IMG/VR virus record: IMGVR_UViG_3300019755_000002 | Span: 14,717 to 78,716 of that record | Length of the DNA: 64,000 nt | Source: a virus | Direction: 5' to 3' (one strand) | Part shown: piece by piece, positions 58,319 through 64,000 of the stretch | How positions within the stretch are numbered: the stretch's first letter is position 1 | Layout: each line of letters opens with the position of its first letter | Translations under genes and position numbers: made by a program | The notes under the pieces: model-generated | The model's input: the letters and a program-made list of their open reading frames with translations, nothing else | Told to the model about the DNA's origin: nothing | The model's database searches: none

Positions 58319-59485
58319 TTATCTCCCTGTAACAAAGTGAGCATTACGGCTAGAAGCGGAAGCTAAGACTTGGTCTTGCTCATGTTCTTGCGTTTGCTGT
58401 GAACGTGGAATAGCGGCTAATTTAACACCCGCTTTTTCTATTGTAGATATCATGTCTGTAAGAGAGATATCTTCTTTTTGGTCAATGCCCGCCGCAGTAC
58501 AAGCAAGCGTATATTGACCTTTAATAACTTTTGTTGCTGAAGTAACGGCCTCATTAGCCGCGGCCAATTCAACTTCAAGTTTTTCAACTTTTTCAGAATT
58601 CACATTGCTTTTAAGCTCGGCATTTTCTGTAGTCAGTTTTTCATTTAGAGTTACCTGCTCGGCTAGTTTACTATCAGACAATTCTAACTTAGCTGTTAAA
58701 GCTTCGTTCTTGCCCTCTAGTTTACCGTTGGTCGCAGACAACTCCATCAGTGCTTTTTCAGACATAGTAATAGTTTCCTTATTGTCTAAGTTTTCAGTTG
58801 GGGGTTGCTGGGTTGCACAAGCAAAAAGACATACCGCATCTGGATTCGACCCCGAGGCCGCTAGACGTTGATATTCCTCTTTACCTAGGCGTTGCTTGGC
58901 CGAGCCAAGAATTTTTGCTTTACTTGAGGCACCGCGATTGACTAAAGACAATTCACGCCACTTATCAAGTTTAGTTAAACGTAGATGGCACCCGTCTTCA
59001 CCTATAACGTGGCCTTCTTCGCATTCTCTCCACCAGAAAGCCTCTGGGTTAGCTACATAATCAAAACCACATTCTGAGCAATAGGCGTGTTCTGGTGTTG
59101 CACCAATAGAAACTTCATCAATGATAGCGAGGTCTATTTTAGTGGCATGGGGTGAATCCGATTCAAGATAGAATAGGACGTTTAAGTCAAAGTGACCTTC
59201 TGAGGCGTCATAAACTTCTGCGGCAAAAACATTACCCACGGGTAGGAAGTGGTCTTCGTGCATAACTTGCAAAGTGACAGTTTTTTCTGGTAGCCAAGCG
59301 GCCATTTCACGCAGAAAAGATTCTGTCATTTGAGCACCATGATAGGCACTATGCTTTTGGTCTATTGGTCGAGTACTTGCCCCAGTGGCTTCATAAACCG
59401 AAATTTTATCGTAGTCGATGTCATCATCAACCACTAAGCGTATCTTTTCCTTGATTCGCTCAGTAATAGCTATGCGTTTTGCCAT
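58319..59485 (-). CDS. prohead protease with a C-terminal scaffold
   Basis: 'MHE', 'EVSIG', 'CSECG', 'ELSLV..GA', coiled-coil C-terminus. Confidence 0.8.
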   Translation of the reverse strand: MAKRIAITERIKEKIRLVVDDDIDYDKISVYEATGASTRPIDQKHSAYHGAQMTESFLREMAAWLPEKTVTLQVMHEDHFLPVGNVFAAEVYDASEGHFDLNVLFYLESDSPHATKIDLAIIDEVSIGATPEHAYCSECGFDYVANPEAFWWRECEEGHVIGEDGCHLRLTKLDKWRELSLVNRGASSKAKILGSAKQRLGKEEYQRLAASGSNPDAVCLFACATQQPPTENLDNKETITMSEKALMELSATNGKLEGKNEALTAKLELSDSKLAEQVTLNEKLTTENAELKSNVNSEKVEKLEVELAAANEAVTSATKVIKGQYTLACTAAGIDQKEDISLTDMISTIEKAGVKLAAIPRSQQTQEHEQDQVLASASSRNAHFVTGR

Positions 59486-59547
59486 ATTCGTCAATCCTAA
59501 TTTTAATATTTAAATGTTATGAGAAAACAACCCCAAAAGCCAGATTT

Positions 59548-60996
59548 TTATTTCGTCGTGTTTGATTTTACTTGTTTATCCTTAGCTGAGGACACGCTAC
59601 GACCTACAGGGTCATCATTTGGTGAAACACTTTCAGCATCTACAGCTAGTGCCGTGTTGTTCATAAACTGCGTTCCAGATAACTCTGGTGAGGTATCAGG
59701 TCTTAATCTACCATACATGGCAATGTGGTACTCGTCATCCGAAATAATTCCCTCACTTAAATCTTGTCTTAATCTGCTGGCTTTTAAATTTTTCTGGGCT
59801 TCCATTTCTAACTCAGAACGCAAATCAACCTCAGGGTAAACAAACTCAACCCTACTTTGTGACCCCTGAAACCTTATTGCTTGAGTCAACATATTACTAA
59901 TAATCTCACCAATAGGTTTGTTAATACTCCCAGCCATTTTGCCAAAGAGTTGAGCTTCAACTGTTCCCGTGTTCACACCACTTTCACCACGACCTAAAAC
60001 CGTTGCCATAGTCTTGAGCCCAGCTTGATTTTGAGCATTAAGCGTATCAATCACTTGCTTAATATCGACACCCATTGCGGGATTTTTATCGTTAAGAATA
60101 CCCATTTTTACCGAATCATAATGAACTAGTGGTTGGTCTGCTCTCATCGATTGTAGTTGCCCAACCACTTCATTTCGCCTTGCGCGCAGGTATTTTCTAA
60201 ATTCATTTGGGTCGGTTTTAACTGCAACAGGAGCATTTTTAGCAATAACTTCCTCAAGCACTTCCGCCGTCATTCTTGGATATCCCGTTATTTGCATAAT
60301 CCGATACAAATCATTAATAACTTGTTGACGTGCCGCCATAGTATTAATACCCGCTAAAAAGGGACTATGCCCATAGGCTTCCATAGGCGATTTTCTATAC
60401 CACTGAATAAACAACGTTGGTATATCCATCTTTTTATCTTCACCGTTTTGCGTTTGCCATGGCGTAATTACCCCCGACTCCTTTTCTTGAAACGTGAACG
60501 AGGCAATATCAGGAACCACAATTCTATCTAAAAGCAAGGCGTCATTATAAATAGCTTCACCAGCGATACCACCTCGAGCTAAAAGCATATAGCGCATATC
60601 CTCAGCAATAGCACGTAGGGTTCTTTTTTGGCTAAATCCTGTTGAGTAGTCGCTTCTCTGTGTTAGCATCTCAATAATCTGATTGACAAGTTTACCTCCT
60701 TCACGGTCAACATTCCCGTCTATATCTTTTACTAAAATAATCGGGGTAACATCCGCCGTGGTTAGATATGAACTCAAAGCCGCCGAGGCATCAGGGTCAG
60801 ATTTAATTAACGTTAAAATAATTTCTCTACTGTTTTGTTCTTGTCTAGTACTTAAAATATCTGTTAAATGTTCTTTGAAGTTTGGTAAGGGTAGAACCTC
60901 TGTCTTATTTGAAACGTCAAAGGTGCCTGTATGCGCCTGTGCTTTTTTCTTACCAACTTTTGGTAGAACAATTGCTAATTTTTGTAGAATACTCAT
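59548..60996 (-). CDS. portal protein
   Basis: 482 aa, between the terminase and the protease. Confidence 0.75.
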   Translation of the reverse strand: MSILQKLAIVLPKVGKKKAQAHTGTFDVSNKTEVLPLPNFKEHLTDILSTRQEQNSREIILTLIKSDPDASAALSSYLTTADVTPIILVKDIDGNVDREGGKLVNQIIEMLTQRSDYSTGFSQKRTLRAIAEDMRYMLLARGGIAGEAIYNDALLLDRIVVPDIASFTFQEKESGVITPWQTQNGEDKKMDIPTLFIQWYRKSPMEAYGHSPFLAGINTMAARQQVINDLYRIMQITGYPRMTAEVLEEVIAKNAPVAVKTDPNEFRKYLRARRNEVVGQLQSMRADQPLVHYDSVKMGILNDKNPAMGVDIKQVIDTLNAQNQAGLKTMATVLGRGESGVNTGTVEAQLFGKMAGSINKPIGEIISNMLTQAIRFQGSQSRVEFVYPEVDLRSELEMEAQKNLKASRLRQDLSEGIISDDEYHIAMYGRLRPDTSPELSGTQFMNNTALAVDAESVSPNDDPVGRSVSSAKDKQVKSNTTK

Positions 60997-61011
60997 TTGT
61001 AGTCCTTAAAT

Positions 61012-62790
61012 TTACCAAGTGGTAATTATTTTATCTTTCGGATTTCGGTAACCACCAAAACCAATTAAATCTTGGCAATCATTCATATTACTAAAGTCCT
61101 CACCAAATAGACCTACTTCAAAAGGTTGGTCTTCTACTTTTTGATGCCCCGCTTTTGCCTCACAAACCCCGCGTTGCAACATCCCTGAAACTAAAAAAGC
61201 TTTAGCATGAAAGTAATGATCTGTGCCGTTTAGCTTAATCCACTTTGATTGCCCTTCTTCAGGGCTTTCTCTAACCATATCCATCATATGCGTGATAACT
61301 ATCGCTTTCTCCTGACCATATCCGCGCAATGACCACGAACAATTTCTAATACCATTAGCAACATAGTCAAGCATCATTGTTCGGTTTACCTTCGCAGCAA
61401 CCACAAGACCTAAACTATCTTTATCCTCCACAATTTCTTTACCCGAAGAATATTCTATGGGCATGATCACGCCCTTAGATAAATCTCGAACAGCATTCGC
61501 CGTTGGTGTATATGGGTATCGGTCGATACCGCCTGAAACGATATTACATTTATCTAAGAAATGTTTTACCGTTGACATTAAGGCTTCACTTCCGCAAGTT
61601 CCGTAATAAAAAATATCCTGTTCTTCAACAGTTGGTCCCGTCCCCATCACAATATTACAGGTTTGACCGACATCAATACCTATATGAACAGGTGTTCCTA
61701 CAGGTGGAAACGTTATCGTCTCCCCCTTCATAACATTCTCAATCTGGGGTTTACTTAAACGCTTATTACCTGCCGTAGCCGTTTCACCTAAAACCGTGTT
61801 TTGCCAACCCGCTAAATTATCTCGTCGCTTATACTTGAACAGCTCAGTGAGAATATATTTAGGTGACAAGGTATGAGTGGAGAATGGTCTGACTTGGTAA
61901 CCTCTAGCATGGGTTCTGTTCGGGTAGGTTGCTACCCATTCACGGTTGGCTGTATCTGCTAAGTTTAAGTGTCTATGGCATTTACGGCATTTTACGGCTG
62001 TATTTTCAAGGTCAATTAAACCTTCATCCACCATATTTTCTTCTAGTTCATTCAAGTTTTCAACAAGGTCTAAACAACCCCCAGGTATATGAACATTTTG
62101 TTTTGTAAATAATGGTATCTGCCAATGATTACACGCCCGACACTTTATCACGTACTCGTTTTGGTCACTGGCTGCATAGTCCTTATGAATACCAAAGCCA
62201 TCCCATTTAGGCGTTGAGAAACTCTGTTTAATACGTATGTCTGACCCTTGAAGACGTGAACCAAATAACGCCAACATATCTGGAGGCGTTAAGTCAACTT
62301 CATCGTGAAAGATAAAGTCCGCGTTGATACTCGTTGCATCACCCTCAGTTGACCCAGTAACATACATAAAATTAGACCCAATAGGGATTAAATCCATTGA
62401 GTACTTGGTTACATCACGAAAAGCTTTATCAAACTCTATGATAGGAATAAGACGACCTTTTGAAATACGCTTAAACATCTTTTCGTTGGGCATAGTGTAA
62501 ATGAGGGACTTGTTTTCATAGCGCCTCATTATCGTCAACGCCTTTCGTATCTGTATTTCCGTGAGCCCAACCTGAGAAGGTTTGATACACGACAGATTTT
62601 CGTGCATGTCATTAGCAATTTGCTCTTGAAAAGGGTAACGAGTAAAACAGAAATCTTTTTTATTTAAGGATGTGTTTTTACACATCCACTGGCCGTTGGT
62701 CATATCCTCACTATCTTTATTAAAACGTGAGGAAATATCCTTATAGAAACTTTGAAGGTGGATATTTTTTTCCAAAGAAGAGGTCGTCAC
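61012..62790 (-). CDS. terL: terminase large subunit (GpA-like)
   Basis: 'YPFQ', 'KPSQVGLTE', 'DEVD', 'FSTP', CxxC pairs, 'GIDVG', 'DHYFHA'. Confidence 0.9.
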   Translation of the reverse strand: MTTSSLEKNIHLQSFYKDISSRFNKDSEDMTNGQWMCKNTSLNKKDFCFTRYPFQEQIANDMHENLSCIKPSQVGLTEIQIRKALTIMRRYENKSLIYTMPNEKMFKRISKGRLIPIIEFDKAFRDVTKYSMDLIPIGSNFMYVTGSTEGDATSINADFIFHDEVDLTPPDMLALFGSRLQGSDIRIKQSFSTPKWDGFGIHKDYAASDQNEYVIKCRACNHWQIPLFTKQNVHIPGGCLDLVENLNELEENMVDEGLIDLENTAVKCRKCHRHLNLADTANREWVATYPNRTHARGYQVRPFSTHTLSPKYILTELFKYKRRDNLAGWQNTVLGETATAGNKRLSKPQIENVMKGETITFPPVGTPVHIGIDVGQTCNIVMGTGPTVEEQDIFYYGTCGSEALMSTVKHFLDKCNIVSGGIDRYPYTPTANAVRDLSKGVIMPIEYSSGKEIVEDKDSLGLVVAAKVNRTMMLDYVANGIRNCSWSLRGYGQEKAIVITHMMDMVRESPEEGQSKWIKLNGTDHYFHAKAFLVSGMLQRGVCEAKAGHQKVEDQPFEVGLFGEDFSNMNDCQDLIGFGGYRNPKDKIITTW

Positions 62791-63119
62791 TTCGTTCTCT
62801 CTTCAAGCTTAACAGCAAGTTTCTGTACGGACTTATTGGTTTCAGAAATAGCCGTTAAAATTTTCTCGTCAAAAATTCTGCGGTCTTCCCGTCTCTCATT
62901 CAGCACCTTTTCTAAACTACTAAACTTAGAATCAAAATTAATCCTAAGACCATCTATGGCATCTTTCATTTCCGCTTTTGAAGCAAAATCCGAGGTCATA
63001 TCAAATTGTCGATTATCAAGTTTCCACAACCAAGTACTTAACCCACCAACAGAAAGTGTTGCTAGAGCCACAACTACAGGAATTAAGTTTCCCAACCATT
63101 GTTGATTAGTTGCTGTCAT
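62787..63119 (-). CDS. membrane-anchored coiled-coil protein (holin-like)
   Basis: One TM plus a coiled coil, next to the M15 peptidase. Confidence 0.5.
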   Translation of the reverse strand: MTATNQQWLGNLIPVVVALATLSVGGLSTWLWKLDNRQFDMTSDFASKAEMKDAIDGLRINFDSKFSSLEKVLNERREDRRIFDEKILTAISETNKSVQKLAVKLEERTK

Positions 63120-63643
63120 TTTAAGAGTCTCCCGTTCTTACGAAAGACTTCACGAAAAGCACCCGTATCTTTATTCCAAAAGACTAGAGAATTGTCGTAG
63201 ATGCAAACAAAGGGTAAACCACAAAGATTAGGACACGCGGCATGAAGCCAAGTAACGCCTTTGCCTTCTTCAATGAATGTTATGTAAGGGAATTGTTCTG
63301 GGTGTTCTTCTATGTAATCTCGGACTTCCTGAGCCTTAGCCCTAAGAAATAGGCCATCAATAGCTCGTCCCCAAGAATGGTCACTTGTTTTAGAAAAGTG
63401 ATTATCACCAGCAAGACGTAAACCACTAAACTCACGATTTCCACCCCATGACCAGTTGTTAATTGTCATGGGGCCAAATTGGTATCTTAGCTGATCTGCC
63501 GTAATTAATATTCGGGTATCAATATAACGTAAAACACGGTTACCATATCTTTCAAAGGCTGAACGACTAGCAAATTCCTGAGCCTTAAAGTGCTCGGGTT
63601 TATATGTGCAAGCCGATAGCTGTGAAGCGTCTAAGTCAGTCAC
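63116..63643 (-). CDS. peptidase M15-type cell-wall hydrolase
   Basis: 'SGLR', 'SDHSWGRAID', 'WLH'. Confidence 0.75.
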   Translation of the reverse strand: MTDLDASQLSACTYKPEHFKAQEFASRSAFERYGNRVLRYIDTRILITADQLRYQFGPMTINNWSWGGNREFSGLRLAGDNHFSKTSDHSWGRAIDGLFLRAKAQEVRDYIEEHPEQFPYITFIEEGKGVTWLHAACPNLCGLPFVCIYDNSLVFWNKDTGAFREVFRKNGRLLK

Positions 63644-63741
63644 GTATCGTCAATCCTATAAATTTTTAAGTTGATAGCCGAAGCTATGCTCACTAGTATA
63701 AACTTATTTGTGTGAAAAATTAAACAACTTGGATTGACGTT

Positions 63742-64000
63742 ATGCAAAATAAATACCCCAGATTTACCCCTAGAGCAGAAGAACTCATAATAGAACTGAG
63801 TTCATCCCTTATGAAAGACCCTGAATTACTAACTCGGCAGGACTGTCCTTATGAACCCAAATTGCGACACGCTTTAAATCAGATAATGGTGGTGGGTGCG
63901 GCTCGAAATCTAGACCCTAGCGAAGTGCTAAAACAAAAGTTACCGCCGAAAGAGGTTAACCCACAAGAATTAACTGAAAGCGACCTAAACGCGGACGTGG
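63742..64000 (+). CDS. hypothetical protein, 3'-truncated, divergent from the late operon
   Basis: Frame open to the window end; ATG follows GGATTGACGTT (63731-63741). Confidence 0.7.
   Translation, partial: MQNKYPRFTPRAEELIIELSSSLMKDPELLTRQDCPYEPKLRHALNQIMVVGAARNLDPSEVLKQKLPPKEVNPQELTESDLNADV

Larger units (their letters stand above)
1378..63741. promoter_or_regulatory. dispersed start-associated motif GGATTGAYGAT (about 21 sense copies)
   Basis: + strand: 1378, 2171, 2583, 8787, 10034, 15484, 16103, 19659, 20604, 26459, 26824, 28343, 63731. - strand: 43479, 45470, 51750, 52428, 53368, 57868, 59487, 63646. Confidence 0.92.

Noticed and set aside
39135-63105. Numerous short + strand ORFs opposite structural genes, including 45343-45567 and 59519-59839
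   Set aside because: Antisense shadows of long minus-strand genes with no recognisable motifs
1378-63741. GGATTGACGAT as a sigma70 -35 element (it contains TTGAC)
   Set aside because: It abuts start codons, so the -10 box and TSS would fall inside coding sequence
1-64000. tRNA genes, or a canonical CI repressor with an S24 peptidase domain
   Set aside because: None recognised; a repressor could lie outside the window, so its absence is not claimed as evidence

Overview
About 64 kb of a temperate, siphovirus-type dsDNA phage, probably infecting a marine gammaproteobacterium (inferred). It is in excised or virion configuration, because an intact attP lies mid-window. The + strand (1-28950) carries DNA metabolism and accessory genes: three DNA methyltransferases, an SF2 helicase, a DndB/DGQHR protein, a Q-rich protein, a 5'-3' exonuclease, a family A DNA polymerase, RdgC, HU, a MazG-like protein, a primase-helicase, a ProQ/FinO-like protein, a resolvase, Mre11/Rad50 and excisionase-like genes. 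The - strand (28952-63643) carries a tyrosine integrase, an attP whose core copies the 3' end of a host rlmD/rumA-type gene, a lysis cassette, and the tail, head and terminase genes. Main discoveries: (1) the motif GGATTGAYGAT sits at or just upstream of the translation start of about 21 lytic genes. Exactly one antisense copy lies inside a predicted ~77-nt small RNA with its own promoter and terminator (45513-45590, - strand). This suggests a single-sRNA global translational repressor, possibly with a phage-encoded ProQ/FinO chaperone. (2) A phage-borne array of integron attC cassettes whose genes are inverted relative to attC (24397-25686), with no IntI in the window. (3) A second cassette-like array with 16-bp junction repeats (6648-8385), next to a direct-repeat-flanked DndB module. 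All product calls come from motif recognition by eye; no database searches were run.
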